Assembly: GCA_041675005.1 (NCBI GenBank)
Contig: JBAYUQ010000006.1
Location: 9,574 to 73,573, forward strand
Source of the DNA: Candidatus Kapaibacterium sp.
GTDB lineage: Bacteria > Bacteroidota > Ignavibacteria > Kapaibacteriales > UBA2268
Direction of reading: 5' to 3'
DNA length: 64,000 nucleotides
Part shown: piece by piece, positions 21,291-32,054 of the stretch
Layout of the letters: every line of letters starts with the position of its first letter
Position numbering within the stretch: the stretch's first letter is position 1
Program-made: the position numbers and the translations under genes
The notes under the pieces: generated by a model
The model's input: only the letters and a program-made list of their open reading frames with translations
Databases searched by the model: none
What the model was told of the DNA's origin: nothing

Positions 21291-22745
21291 ATGTCAACTA
21301 GAGTTAGATTCGCACCCTCACCAACTGGATACCTACACGTAGGTGGACTAAGAACAGCACTATACAACTATCTATTCGCCAAAAGTACTGGTGGAACCAT
21401 GATACTTAGGATAGAAGATACTGATAGAACTAGATTCGTTGAGGATTCGCAAACGAACCTTATAGAGTCGCTAAAATGGTGTGGAATCGAGTTTGACGAA
21501 GGTCCTATGCAAGGTGGAGATTACGGACCGTACATCCAATCAGAAAGATTTGACCTATATACTAAACATGCCCAAATACTAATTGATAATGGCTCTGCTT
21601 ACTATGCTTTCGATACTTCCGAAGAGCTAGACACTATGCGTGAGAGACAAAAAGCAGCTGGAATTACTCCAAAATACGACCGCTCTACTATGCGTAGCCA
21701 ATATACTTTGGGTGAAGAAAAGACTAAAGAATTGCTTGCAGAGGGTGTTCCCCATGTAATTAGATTAAAAATTCCTCACGAGGAAATAAAGTACGAAGAT
21801 TTAATTCGTGGTAAAGTATCTGTGAATGGGAAAGATGTAGATGATCAGATTCTAATGAAATCTGACGGATTCCCAACTTACCATTTGGCGAATATTGTCG
21901 ATGACCATTTGATGGAAATCACACATGTTATCCGTGGTGAAGAGTGGTTGCCTTCTGTTCCTAAACATATATTGCTATACAAAGCATTTGGATGGGAAAT
22001 GCCGAAATTCGCTCACTTACCTCTACTTCTAAACCAAAACAAACAAAAGCTAAGTAAAAGACACGGTGACGTAGCGGTTGAAGATTTCAAACAGAAAGGA
22101 TATTTCGCTGAAGCATTCACTAATTTCATTGCATTACTCGGTTGGAACCCAAGTGGCGAGCGTGAGATATATACAATGGACGAGCTAATAGCTGGTTTCA
22201 ATATTGAAAAAGTGAACAAAGGTGGAGCTATATTCGACAGAAGAAAGCTACTTTGGATGAACTCTGAATATCTGAAAGCTAAACCAGTTAGTGAGTTAGC
22301 TGATAAATTAATTCCTAAGCTAGAAGCTGAGGGTGTTAACTATAAGAATAAAGAATACTTAGAGGCGATTATTAATTTGCTTCGTGAAAGAGTTGATTTC
22401 GTTGAAGAAATCCCTGCTTTCGGCGACTATATGTTCGGTGATATCAGTGGGTATGATGAAAAGTTCATGGAAAAACAATGGAAAGAGGATACTTATTCAT
22501 CTATAAAACCATTACTTGATGAGCTTGAAGGGCTTGAGAATTGGAAAGATGAGCCGATACACGATATAGTAAAGAATTTCGTTGAGACTACAGGTCTTGG
22601 CTTCGGTAAAGTAATGAATCCGATAAGATTGATGATAACTGGTAAGTCGGTAGGAGCGAGTCTTACTCTTACTATGGAATTGCTAGGTAAGGAAGAATCA
22701 TTCAAAAGAATCAATGATTTTGTAAAATTAAAAAATGAAAAATAG
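21291..22745 (+). CDS. gltX: glutamyl-tRNA synthetase
   Basis: HVGG variant of HIGH (PSPTGYLHVGGLRTAL) and the KLSKRHG (KMSKS) motif. Confidence 0.9.
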   Translation: MSTRVRFAPSPTGYLHVGGLRTALYNYLFAKSTGGTMILRIEDTDRTRFVEDSQTNLIESLKWCGIEFDEGPMQGGDYGPYIQSERFDLYTKHAQILIDNGSAYYAFDTSEELDTMRERQKAAGITPKYDRSTMRSQYTLGEEKTKELLAEGVPHVIRLKIPHEEIKYEDLIRGKVSVNGKDVDDQILMKSDGFPTYHLANIVDDHLMEITHVIRGEEWLPSVPKHILLYKAFGWEMPKFAHLPLLLNQNKQKLSKRHGDVAVEDFKQKGYFAEAFTNFIALLGWNPSGEREIYTMDELIAGFNIEKVNKGGAIFDRRKLLWMNSEYLKAKPVSELADKLIPKLEAEGVNYKNKEYLEAIINLLRERVDFVEEIPAFGDYMFGDISGYDEKFMEKQWKEDTYSSIKPLLDELEGLENWKDEPIHDIVKNFVETTGLGFGKVMNPIRLMITGKSVGASLTLTMELLGKEESFKRINDFVKLKNEK

Positions 22746-23196
22746 TTTTATTATCATAGTTTTAATTTTTTTGATTAGTTGCGGTTCTGCCAAGCAAGAA
22801 GCCGAGTGCGTCACTGAATCACGCATAAAAGTCCTAATTAGTTGGGGCGATTATGATATGAAAAACAACAAATTGATAAATGGTTATGCTGTAACTACAG
22901 GTAAGCAAGTCTATCAACTATTTAATCTTAGTGATAGTATAGGCACAGTCCCACTGTATAAAACAACAGATTCGGTATATTGCGAAATGAGCCAGAAACT
23001 GTGGGATACGATATTAGAAGTGCAGAAGCTCAATGTACCAGCAGACACGGTCAGATTCGTGCGATATGCTAATTTGGCTTCCGGATATAATCTAAATGGA
23101 TTTTGGAATAATCGACTGAAAGCAATAGGAAGTAAGGAATACAGAGAAGTTTTTAGTATATTGAATACTATTTCGCCAATCAAATTTGAAGAATAA
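22735..23196 (+). CDS. lipoprotein, hypothetical
   Basis: Lipobox LISCGS after a signal peptide. Confidence 0.4.
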   Translation: MKNSFIIIVLIFLISCGSAKQEAECVTESRIKVLISWGDYDMKNNKLINGYAVTTGKQVYQLFNLSDSIGTVPLYKTTDSVYCEMSQKLWDTILEVQKLNVPADTVRFVRYANLASGYNLNGFWNNRLKAIGSKEYREVFSILNTISPIKFEE

Positions 23197-23201
23197 TTTT
23201 A

Positions 23202-24602
23202 ATGAAAGTTTTAATAGCTGATGATAATGTAGATTTTTGCTCAACAATCTCAGAGATTGTGAGTAGTTTTGGATATGAAACAGTGATGTTCAATGATCCA
23301 GATTCTGCTATGAATTATCTGAGTGAGAACAACCGTGAAATCGGTTTAGCTCTATTAGATATAGAGTTTGGTCCTTCTGAAAAGAAAACTGGTCTAGATA
23401 TTCTTGAGCATTGCCGTAAGAAATATCCATCTATTCCAGTAGTTATGATTTCTGGTAAAGGATCAATCGAAACGGCTGTAAAGGCGACTAAACTCGGTGC
23501 GGTGAACTTCATCGAGAAGAGTATAGTTAGCAAAAAACGAATAAAAGAAGTTCTAGAAAGTGCTGTTAGCCGATTAGAATCGAAAGGCGAAGAAAAAGAA
23601 ATCCTTCACTTTTTACAAGTGCATGGCCTAATAGGTAATAGCAGACAAATGATAGAGCTTGGTGACCACGTTATAAGATTTGGACGTACTGACCTTAATA
23701 TATTGGTGACTGGTGAAACTGGTACCGGTAAGAAATTAGTAGCTAAGGCCATTCACGCTGTTTCCAGAAGAAGTAAAAACTCGATAGTAACAGTCGATAT
23801 ACCAAACATACCTAAGGAATTATTCCAAAGTGAGTTGTTTGGGCACATCAAGGGAGCTTTCTCAGGTGCAACTGATACTAAGCGTGGACTATTCCACAAA
23901 GCTCATCGTGGGACACTCTTTCTAGATGAGATTGGCGATATGCCGTTGGACCTGCAAAGCAATTTGCTAATACCAATTGAAGAAAGACAAGTAAGAAAAG
24001 TAGGCTCTGTAGAAAGCGAAGACGTAGATGTTCGTATAGTTTCTGCGACTGATAAAAACCTAATAAATGAAATGAAAGATGGTACTTTCAGAGAACCACT
24101 TTATCATAGATTACGTGAATGTGAAATCTATATTCCGCCACTTAGAGAAAGAAAAGAAGATATTCCATTAATCGTGGACTATTACTTAAGAATACACAAT
24201 GAGAACTTCGACGAGCAGAAAGTATTCTCTCCATCAGCAATTGAGTTTATGTCAGAGCAGATATGGAAAGGGAATGTACGTGAGCTTGCTAGTTTGGTCA
24301 GAGTGATATTACAAACAGTGAAGAACGAAGGGATAGAAGTAAGTGACGTTCACAAAATGCTTAAAACTAGCTCATCGTCTCCTATAGTTGAAGGCAAAGC
24401 AGATGCTTACCTTTCTGCGGATAGGACTCTAAAAGAAGATTTGCAACAAGTCGATAAAAAGAAAATAGATGCAACTCTGAAAAGGTGTAATGGAAACGTT
24501 AGTAAGTCGGCTGCTCAGCTTGGTATTAGCCGCGAGACTTTGCATAATAAAATAAGAAAGTACGACCTAGACGTTCAACAATACCGTAAGAATAGAAAAT
24601 AA
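23202..24602 (+). CDS. sigma-54-dependent response regulator (NtrC/Fis family)
   Basis: REC domain. AAA+ Walker A GETGTGKKL. GAFSGA variant of the GAFTGA sigma-54 contact motif. C-terminal Fis-type HTH. Confidence 0.85.
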   Translation: MKVLIADDNVDFCSTISEIVSSFGYETVMFNDPDSAMNYLSENNREIGLALLDIEFGPSEKKTGLDILEHCRKKYPSIPVVMISGKGSIETAVKATKLGAVNFIEKSIVSKKRIKEVLESAVSRLESKGEEKEILHFLQVHGLIGNSRQMIELGDHVIRFGRTDLNILVTGETGTGKKLVAKAIHAVSRRSKNSIVTVDIPNIPKELFQSELFGHIKGAFSGATDTKRGLFHKAHRGTLFLDEIGDMPLDLQSNLLIPIEERQVRKVGSVESEDVDVRIVSATDKNLINEMKDGTFREPLYHRLRECEIYIPPLRERKEDIPLIVDYYLRIHNENFDEQKVFSPSAIEFMSEQIWKGNVRELASLVRVILQTVKNEGIEVSDVHKMLKTSSSSPIVEGKADAYLSADRTLKEDLQQVDKKKIDATLKRCNGNVSKSAAQLGISRETLHNKIRKYDLDVQQYRKNRK

Positions 24603-24617
24603 ACGAAGCCTTACAAT

Positions 24618-25391
24618 TTGGAAAGTAGCAATTCGATAAAACTCTCTGCCGTTGTTATTACTTACAACGAAGAAGACAAAATCGGCAGATGTTTAGATTC
24701 GCTGAAAGATGTCGCCGATGAGATAATCGTTGTTGACTCCCAATCAACTGACCGAACTGTTGAGATATGCGAATCGAAAGGTGCTTCGGTAATCAGCCAA
24801 GAATTCCTCGGGTATATAGAGCAGAAGAATTTTGCTTTGGATAAATCAAATTTCGACATTGTTTTATCTATAGATGCCGATGAAGTGCTTTCCCCAGAAT
24901 TAATCAAATCAATACAAGAAATTAAATCAAATTTCAATTCTGGAGCTTATGAATTTAACAGACTGACGAACTACTGTGGTAAATGGATTAAGCATGGTGG
25001 GTGGTATCCTGATATAAAGACAAGGATATGGAACAAGAATGATGGCAGATGGGGAGGAACTAATCCACACGACGAAGTCATTTTGGAAGATGGTAAAACA
25101 GTCAAAAAACTACACGGCGATTTACTACATTACTCTATCGATAGTATTAGCCAACACATAGAACAAATACAAAAATTCACGACAATAGCCGCTGATGAGT
25201 TACATAGAAAAGGGAAGACTACAAGTGTCGTTACAATTCTCTTCAATTCATGGTTCAAATTTGTCAGAGATTATTTCCTCCGGCTTGGATTCCTAGACGG
25301 TTTCTATGGCTTTGTAGTTGCCTTCAATTCAGCTTATGCTACTTATCTAAAGTATTTGAAGCTGTATGATTTGAATAAGTCTAAAAAATAA
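24618..25391 (+). CDS. family-2 glycosyltransferase (LPS/core-type)
   Basis: LSAVVITYNEEDKIGRCLDSL and DxD (SIDADE) motifs. Confidence 0.65.
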   Translation: MESSNSIKLSAVVITYNEEDKIGRCLDSLKDVADEIIVVDSQSTDRTVEICESKGASVISQEFLGYIEQKNFALDKSNFDIVLSIDADEVLSPELIKSIQEIKSNFNSGAYEFNRLTNYCGKWIKHGGWYPDIKTRIWNKNDGRWGGTNPHDEVILEDGKTVKKLHGDLLHYSIDSISQHIEQIQKFTTIAADELHRKGKTTSVVTILFNSWFKFVRDYFLRLGFLDGFYGFVVAFNSAYATYLKYLKLYDLNKSKK

Positions 25392-25414
25392 GATTACGTA
25401 AGTAATTAGGATTA

Positions 25415-28078
25415 TTACTCAATAAATAATTTATTCACCTCCATCTTATTCCCTTCCATTATTTGTAGAAAATATATTCCACTTGCAATCCCAGTTAATT
25501 CCCAATTTCTTTCAATTGTCTCATCGTCTTTATTGATATTGTACTCAGCTACAGTATGACCTGTATAATTAGTAATTCTCAGATACAAGTTTCCTCTGTA
25601 TCCGCCGAGGCTGTTTAAATATATGGATTTGCCATTATTCGAGATATCAGTTTGATTGTTAAAGAATAAAACTTGCCTTATATCCTGAGCACAAATCTCT
25701 TCAGTTATTAGCGAACCATCTATTATATCGAACACATAATTAGAAACAGTATCTTGAATTAATATTTCAGTTGAATCAATATCGGTCAGCAATACTGTGC
25801 CGAATAAACTTCCAATTTGATTCCGTCCATTACTAATTGCAGTTCCTTCATAACTAATTTTGATTTTTTGATTATCATTTACCACAGATATATCTATTAG
25901 TTTGACTCCTTCTACTCTATCTACTAAGTACTTGCTATTTGAGAGGACAAATGATGCCTCAAATTTGAAATCATCTGTTGCTTCTATGCAAGTTGTTGTT
26001 AAAAATATCGGAATCTCAAAATTCCTTCTTCCAATTACTGTTCTCAAATGTGGTACTTCAAGAGTGAATATAATACTTTCTATAATTATTTTTAATGGGA
26101 TAGAGATTTTTCTCTTACATTCGGAATCTATGTATATATCTAGCGTGTCCATTAATATACCTACGTTCAATCGGTCGAAATCTATAAGTATATCCCTATA
26201 AAACTCTCCATTTGGGTATGAGTCAATTATAAATGGTTTATTCTTAATTGACATTTTATTCCCTAACCGCAGCGAAAGACTATCTATTCTCAATGACTTA
26301 TTAGACTTGATTGGGAAATCAATACTATATGACTGCTCTATTCCTCGGCATATTCTGATCTCATATTCTTCAATCTGTGGGTAATCGAAAATTGCTTGTT
26401 CTATTATATAGCTAGCTATTCCTTCGCAGCCACCTTCATCCAATGCTTCTAGTTCCAACAAACCCAAATCAGCTATGACAACGGTGTCTTGGCTACCAAT
26501 TAGAATTCTATTTGTAGTTCCAGATTTAGTAAAATACCACTTGTACTCTTTGTATTTTTCAGTGGAGGTGAAAGTCATATCTTCAAGTGGGGTAAGGCAT
26601 AAATCTAATTTATCAGGAAATACTTTTACTATTTCTGGTGTGATTTTCTCGATTATTCTAATTTCAAATGTATCATTGAATTGTTTGTAACAACTCTGGA
26701 AATGGTAGAAATAATATCCAGCATCTGCAGCGCTTATATTCTCGAACACTAGGTCATTACTATAATCTCGAGACCCATCTGCCTTCACCCAACTATGTAC
26801 GCCGCAAGGGTCTTCTGCACCTTTGATTGTAACACTTGAATTTATACAGTATTGCTGTATATCATCAGGTCGATTATAAACAGCAGGGGATTGTGGCGTT
26901 GCAAGAAAGTTCGATGGAATCTTAGGTATATAAAGAACGTTGATAATATTATTAGTTACACCTATTCCCAAATGTTGATATCCAACATTTGGACTTTCAG
27001 AATTAGGACAATTGATTACTCCGAGAAAGGTACTATCTTTTCTACCAGTATAACTATGCAAATAACTTATATAAATTCTATTGTTTGGGGCTAATTGAAA
27101 ATCTCTTAATAGACAATCGACACATGTTGCTTCCTGAATCCAAACGATTTTTCTTGAATTAAGTACACTATTTTTATTAGTATAATCTTTCAAATCAAAT
27201 TGATGTATAATGTAGTTGTCGTGTCCACTTTGTGCATAGAGTTTACTCCCGTTCTGTGAAAATTCAAACATAGTTCTTATATTATAATCTGATTCTTTAG
27301 TAAAATCAATCTTATAGTTTTGTATTATATTTCCGTTACTATTATCAAAAGAATAAAATACAAAATTGCTTCCGTAATAATTTAAGATTAATTTATCGCC
27401 TTGGGGAGAAAACTTAAACGCAATACCACTAAAAACTTTATTATTATAGTCCATATCTATATCTTGAAACCGAGTATTTACAAATGCTTCTGATGAGAAT
27501 AACTGAGTAATATGCAATTCTTCTGGATTTTTAGCCATTGAAGCTATAAAGTAACTATTACCATCGTTACTTAAAGTTGCAGCTAAAGGTAAACTTGATA
27601 TTGATGTTGCTATCGAGGTTTCTGGTATGATAGTATTAAAAGGTGAGTTATAGTCTATTTTGATATAGTTTAATGTTCCATAATTGTCGGTTTCTTTGGT
27701 TGAAATATAAACGAAATAACACAATCTTTTGGAATAGAAAGGTAAGACTATTGACTCTATATTGGTATTTACTTCTTGATTATCAAATAAATGTTCGAAT
27801 ATTATTAGACCTGTGCTTTCACGAATCACAATTTTGTTACTATATATATCAAAACTTAATTGTATTTCGCCTTTATCATCTGTAAAAATATCTGAGTGCC
27901 TATAATTTCTATCTTTTTTATAATTATCGATATCTATTGTATATTGGCATTCCTCTTCACCGAATTTTATTTGCTCACGGCTGTCAAGCTGCCATGTTGA
28001 AAATGGTTTATTAGAATACGAAAATGATTGAGCAAGTATGAAAATAAGAATAAATATAAATTTCATAAATAACCTCAA
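25415..28078 (-). CDS. large secreted hypothetical protein with a T9SS C-terminal sorting domain
   Basis: Signal peptide. C-terminal ...GIYFLQIMEGNKMEVNKLFIE. Confidence 0.5.
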   Translation of the reverse strand: MRLFMKFIFILIFILAQSFSYSNKPFSTWQLDSREQIKFGEEECQYTIDIDNYKKDRNYRHSDIFTDDKGEIQLSFDIYSNKIVIRESTGLIIFEHLFDNQEVNTNIESIVLPFYSKRLCYFVYISTKETDNYGTLNYIKIDYNSPFNTIIPETSIATSISSLPLAATLSNDGNSYFIASMAKNPEELHITQLFSSEAFVNTRFQDIDMDYNNKVFSGIAFKFSPQGDKLILNYYGSNFVFYSFDNSNGNIIQNYKIDFTKESDYNIRTMFEFSQNGSKLYAQSGHDNYIIHQFDLKDYTNKNSVLNSRKIVWIQEATCVDCLLRDFQLAPNNRIYISYLHSYTGRKDSTFLGVINCPNSESPNVGYQHLGIGVTNNIINVLYIPKIPSNFLATPQSPAVYNRPDDIQQYCINSSVTIKGAEDPCGVHSWVKADGSRDYSNDLVFENISAADAGYYFYHFQSCYKQFNDTFEIRIIEKITPEIVKVFPDKLDLCLTPLEDMTFTSTEKYKEYKWYFTKSGTTNRILIGSQDTVVIADLGLLELEALDEGGCEGIASYIIEQAIFDYPQIEEYEIRICRGIEQSYSIDFPIKSNKSLRIDSLSLRLGNKMSIKNKPFIIDSYPNGEFYRDILIDFDRLNVGILMDTLDIYIDSECKRKISIPLKIIIESIIFTLEVPHLRTVIGRRNFEIPIFLTTTCIEATDDFKFEASFVLSNSKYLVDRVEGVKLIDISVVNDNQKIKISYEGTAISNGRNQIGSLFGTVLLTDIDSTEILIQDTVSNYVFDIIDGSLITEEICAQDIRQVLFFNNQTDISNNGKSIYLNSLGGYRGNLYLRITNYTGHTVAEYNINKDDETIERNWELTGIASGIYFLQIMEGNKMEVNKLFIE

Positions 28079-28164
28079 ATTGTTTTACTATTCAAATTGA
28101 AAAATAAAAGAACAGATTAACAACAAAAATGTTACAAAATGAAATCATTTTCTCTTTACGTTGC

Positions 28165-28590
28165 TCAATCCATATCAAAATTAATCATCCAGTTAACACC
28201 GAACTTATCTTCGCACATACCGAAATACGCATTCCAAAATGTTTCTTCTATCGGCATAGTTATAATACCATCTTCTGATAATCCTGTAAAGAAAGCATCT
28301 GCCTCTTCTTTCGATTCAGCAGTTATCGCAAGAGAGATATTCTGTCCGAAAGGAATTTCATCGAACGATGGATGTCCATCACTAACCATTATCGTAATAT
28401 ATTCGTTGATTACATAAGCCGCATTCATAACCAGATTCAACGACTCTTCTGTCATCTCGACGCCTTCCATAGGAGGTGCATCTTTGAACCTGCTGATAGA
28501 TACTATCTCTCCACCGAGTACTGATTTATAGTGATTTAACGCTTCTTCTGCGTTCCCGTTAAAAGTCAGGTATGGTATTATATTTTTCAT
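28165..28590 (-). CDS. VOC-family protein, PhnB-like
   Basis: N-terminal MKNIIPYLTFNGNAEEALNHYKSVLGG, characteristic of the PhnB/3-demethylubiquinone-like VOC fold. Confidence 0.55.
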   Translation of the reverse strand: MKNIIPYLTFNGNAEEALNHYKSVLGGEIVSISRFKDAPPMEGVEMTEESLNLVMNAAYVINEYITIMVSDGHPSFDEIPFGQNISLAITAESKEEADAFFTGLSEDGIITMPIEETFWNAYFGMCEDKFGVNWMINFDMD

Positions 28591-28714
28591 GATTAAGTCT
28601 TATTTTTATTATTCAAATTCTGAATGCCAATTTAAACTAAATGAATTAGATTTGCAAAGTAAAATATATTGTACTATATTACGTACATAATATAGTAACA
28701 AACAAGATTAAATT

Positions 28715-28981
28715 ATGAAAGCTATAACCATATCCACACTTAGAAAATCGATGAAAAAGTACTTCGACGCAGTGGGTAACTCATCGGAGATAATCGTGAT
28801 ACCAAGAAATAAAGATGACGATGGAGTTGTAATTATGTCCATTAAGGAATATAATTCTCTAAAGGAAACAGAACACCTACTCTCCTCAAAAGCTAACAGA
28901 AAGCGGCTTTCAGAGTCATTGGAGCAAGTAGAAAAAGGTGAATTAATAGCCTTTAATATTGAAGAAGAAATAGTTCATTAA
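28715..28981 (+). CDS. yefM: YefM/Phd-family antitoxin
   Basis: About 88 aa with typical YefM layout. Its stop is 1 nt before the YoeB start. Confidence 0.7.
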   Translation: MKAITISTLRKSMKKYFDAVGNSSEIIVIPRNKDDDGVVIMSIKEYNSLKETEHLLSSKANRKRLSESLEQVEKGELIAFNIEEEIVH

Positions 28982-28982
28982 T

Positions 28983-29252
28983 ATGAATTTCGAATTCACG
29001 AAAAATGCTTTAGACGACTACAACTATTGGCTGACGAATGATGCAGCCACAGCACAAAGAATAAAGGATTTGCTCAAAGCAATTAAACAAGACCCATTCA
29101 AAGGAATAGGTAAGCCAGAGCCACTAAAATATGATTTGAAAGGCTATTGGTCGAGGCGAATAACAAGGGAACATCGTTTAGTCTATACTATAACTGGTAC
29201 AAAGGGAGAAGACCAGAAGTGCATTATCATTCAGTGTCGGTTTCACTATTGA
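28983..29252 (+). CDS. yoeB: YoeB/Txe-family toxin (ribosome-dependent mRNA interferase)
   Basis: LKGYWSRRITREHRLVY motif; 89 aa. Confidence 0.8.
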   Translation: MNFEFTKNALDDYNYWLTNDAATAQRIKDLLKAIKQDPFKGIGKPEPLKYDLKGYWSRRITREHRLVYTITGTKGEDQKCIIIQCRFHY

Positions 29253-29883
29253 TATCATCGAATAATTCCTCGAACGAATTACAAACCTCAACGAATGGAC
29301 TATTATCTTTGTGGTTGGGACACCATCGGTTTATATAGTGATATTTACCATCCTTGTAACCCTCCAATATCCACTCCGTACCATCCATACCTAAATATTT
29401 GATGTGTGTCGGCTGAGTCCAAAATTCGAATCTCTCAATCCTTTGAATTAGGTTATCCCACTCTTCTCTTGGAAGTTTTTTTGTTTGATTTATTATTAAC
29501 TTTCCAGCGTGATATCCACCATAGCCGTCAGTTAGCTTTTTGGTAATAGTAACTATTGAATCAGTTTTTACGATTCTATATGTGAATGGATTACCCCAAG
29601 TTCCTATGTTAGTATATCTATATACTTCGATACTCTTCTTTTGGTTGAATAATACTGGCTCTTTTAGGGAGTATAGGTGTTTAGAATACCACTCATTGGA
29701 AAATGTATCTAGCTTGTGTTCGACTTTTTTAAAATTCGAGCCCATGGATAGTGGGAAATAGAAATCACCAGAATCGGGCAATGCAAATGGATAATCCAAC
29801 TCCAATCCCGAGAAGTCGTTGATTGATGAGCAACCAATAAATATAAATAGGAGGGTTAATAGCGTTCTAGTTATAACATTCAT
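29227..29883 (-). CDS. lipoprotein, hypothetical
   Basis: Lipobox FIGCSS. Overlaps the yoeB 3' end convergently by 26 nt. Confidence 0.4.
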   Translation of the reverse strand: MNVITRTLLTLLFIFIGCSSINDFSGLELDYPFALPDSGDFYFPLSMGSNFKKVEHKLDTFSNEWYSKHLYSLKEPVLFNQKKSIEVYRYTNIGTWGNPFTYRIVKTDSIVTITKKLTDGYGGYHAGKLIINQTKKLPREEWDNLIQRIERFEFWTQPTHIKYLGMDGTEWILEGYKDGKYHYINRWCPNHKDNSPFVEVCNSFEELFDDINSETDTE

Positions 29884-29925
29884 TTACTAATCCAATATTA
29901 AAGAAGTTGAAGTACTCTATGTTTT

Positions 29926-30879
29926 TTAGTCTATCAGAAGTTCTTTAAACTCTAATCTTCTATTTTCAATAATTTTATTTTTACTATGTGAGAATTGTGA
30001 TACTATTTCGTAATTAGTTTCTATCAATAGTGGGATACCAGATGATTCTGAATAAATGATTCTAATTTCTTTGTTTACAGTTAACTCTATACTTTCCAAA
30101 AGTTCCTCAAGTTCCTCCTCGTCATTTACAAAGAGACTAAACACTTGAGACATCCATTTTTTCAATTCATTATTATCTATTTTCGTGGTTTTGATTAGTT
30201 CAATTTTTCCTTTTTCCGCATCTTCAGCTTTTTCAATTATTGAAACGGCAGGTATTACAAGTCCAAACTGAAAGACAAACAAATCTTCTGTAAATTCTTT
30301 CCCTATGTCACTGTCAATTAGTCCCATTCCTAAATGTAGATTTTTAGCATCAGTTAAATAATAATCTACAAAGCCACTAGACGAGGTCACAAAATCCAAT
30401 ATTTTCTTTGACATAACTCTTAACATTGTATTTTTCAATGTTTTTTCATCTAATGTCTTCGAATCAATTAAATCACTTGCCTTTTTTCGGATTATCACAG
30501 AGAGTGTGTCCCAACCTAAAACTCCGATAATACTACCGTTAATATCAGTTTCATAACATATATCTTCTAAGTCCAAATCTGATGCTAAATCTATTGCATC
30601 ATCACTTTTAGAATTAGTATTTGACATTTCAGCTTTCTTAAACATCATTTTGTATTTATCATCATATTTGCCGTCAACAATAAAATAGCTATAGTTGGTG
30701 TTAGAGTCTATACTTTGAATATCATCGTCTTCAATATCCTTTCTATTATTTTTAAGATAATATACATAAGTATGACCAAGCTTTATAGTTGGTTTTATAA
30801 CTAAATCTTCATTACTCATACTTTTGTAAGTAGTAAATGAATTGAATACTAAAACTGTTATTAATGTAAATAAATATCT
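29926..30879 (-). CDS. secreted hypothetical protein
   Basis: ORF extends to 30945, but a probable GTG start at about 30879 yields a signal peptide (V/MRYLFTLITVLVFNSFT). Confidence 0.35.
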   Translation of the reverse strand, partial: RYLFTLITVLVFNSFTTYKSMSNEDLVIKPTIKLGHTYVYYLKNNRKDIEDDDIQSIDSNTNYSYFIVDGKYDDKYKMMFKKAEMSNTNSKSDDAIDLASDLDLEDICYETDINGSIIGVLGWDTLSVIIRKKASDLIDSKTLDEKTLKNTMLRVMSKKILDFVTSSSGFVDYYLTDAKNLHLGMGLIDSDIGKEFTEDLFVFQFGLVIPAVSIIEKAEDAEKGKIELIKTTKIDNNELKKWMSQVFSLFVNDEEELEELLESIELTVNKEIRIIYSESSGIPLLIETNYEIVSQFSHSKNKIIENRRLEFKELLID

Positions 30880-30992
30880 CACATAAATATCCGTATAGAT
30901 TGAACCTGTTAAATTCCTCTGGACTCTCGCCGAGTACTGCGCCACCTAATAATCTAAAATATTAAAAACGGAGTATATTTGCAAATTTTCTC

Positions 30993-31814
30993 CTACACCC
31001 TCTCTATTTTGAAATGATGTACCTTGTGCTTCTGGTCTTTTAGGCGGATACCAGCTGTGCCGTCTGGCAATATCACTATGTTAGCACCTACTGTCATAGT
31101 AATCGTCTCGAATTTGGGATGCTCGTAAACCTTTGCTTCGAACTCCTCTGCGCTCTCTCCGAATACAGCCCCTTCCTTATCTATACCCAGTTTTCCTCTC
31201 AGATTATAACCGAAGTATTTCATTTCTTCTACTGGCTGTAAAGCTGAAGGGTAAAGTGTCTCACCCTCTTTTGGTTCATTTGGGAATACTATCTCTAACA
31301 TAGGTGGTAATTCCAGCGTGTTACCGTTCACATCTACTGTCAGTGGCTCTACGTTGATGAAGTTGGTCAAGATACCGGCTACTGCATTGAAAGAGTACAT
31401 AAGCGAGCTAAAAACTGTGCCGTTATATTCCAAATTCACACCTGATTTGATGCGAGGCAAAAAATCAGCGAACGAGTTATTCCACTCATCGAAATGATTT
31501 CCATGCCATATACCAGTATCCAGCATGTCTATCTCGTCCATCTCTTGTGGGCAATCACTCACCTTACCAAGTGTTTTTATCAAGCTATTTTTTGGTTCTA
31601 ATATTTTGTCCAGTATTACTGGTACATTACTATCTTGTAGTATCCCGAAATAGATCATATTCACATCTATCTTGCCTTCACCATCATATAACACTAGCGA
31701 GTCTTTGAGTATAGGTAATCCCTTGTAAGAAAAATTTTCCTCTGCTATGAATAGCTGTGGTTTGCCTTCTTCTATTCCACTTGCTTTGCGAATTGCTTTT
31801 CTTATTTCTATCAT
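30993..31814 (-). CDS. hypothetical protein (cytoplasmic?)
   Basis: ORF only. It is the first gene of an apparent three-gene minus-strand operon. Confidence 0.35.
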   Translation of the reverse strand: MIEIRKAIRKASGIEEGKPQLFIAEENFSYKGLPILKDSLVLYDGEGKIDVNMIYFGILQDSNVPVILDKILEPKNSLIKTLGKVSDCPQEMDEIDMLDTGIWHGNHFDEWNNSFADFLPRIKSGVNLEYNGTVFSSLMYSFNAVAGILTNFINVEPLTVDVNGNTLELPPMLEIVFPNEPKEGETLYPSALQPVEEMKYFGYNLRGKLGIDKEGAVFGESAEEFEAKVYEHPKFETITMTVGANIVILPDGTAGIRLKDQKHKVHHFKIERV

Positions 31815-32054
31815 AGTATTTCGACTTTGTATTTAATGTTCGAGTGCAAATATAATGATTATGTCGTGAGGATAGAGTCTTATTCCTCCGGTTTATATAA
31901 AATATAAAATGACTTATTCAATATTATTTATGAAATAGACTTAGTCAATTAGCTGATTACAATAAAGTAAATTGGATATATCAAAAATAAATTGTAATTT
32001 TTCTTAAAGGAATTGATTTAATCTTAGAAGTAATATTAATTTAGTGGGCATATT

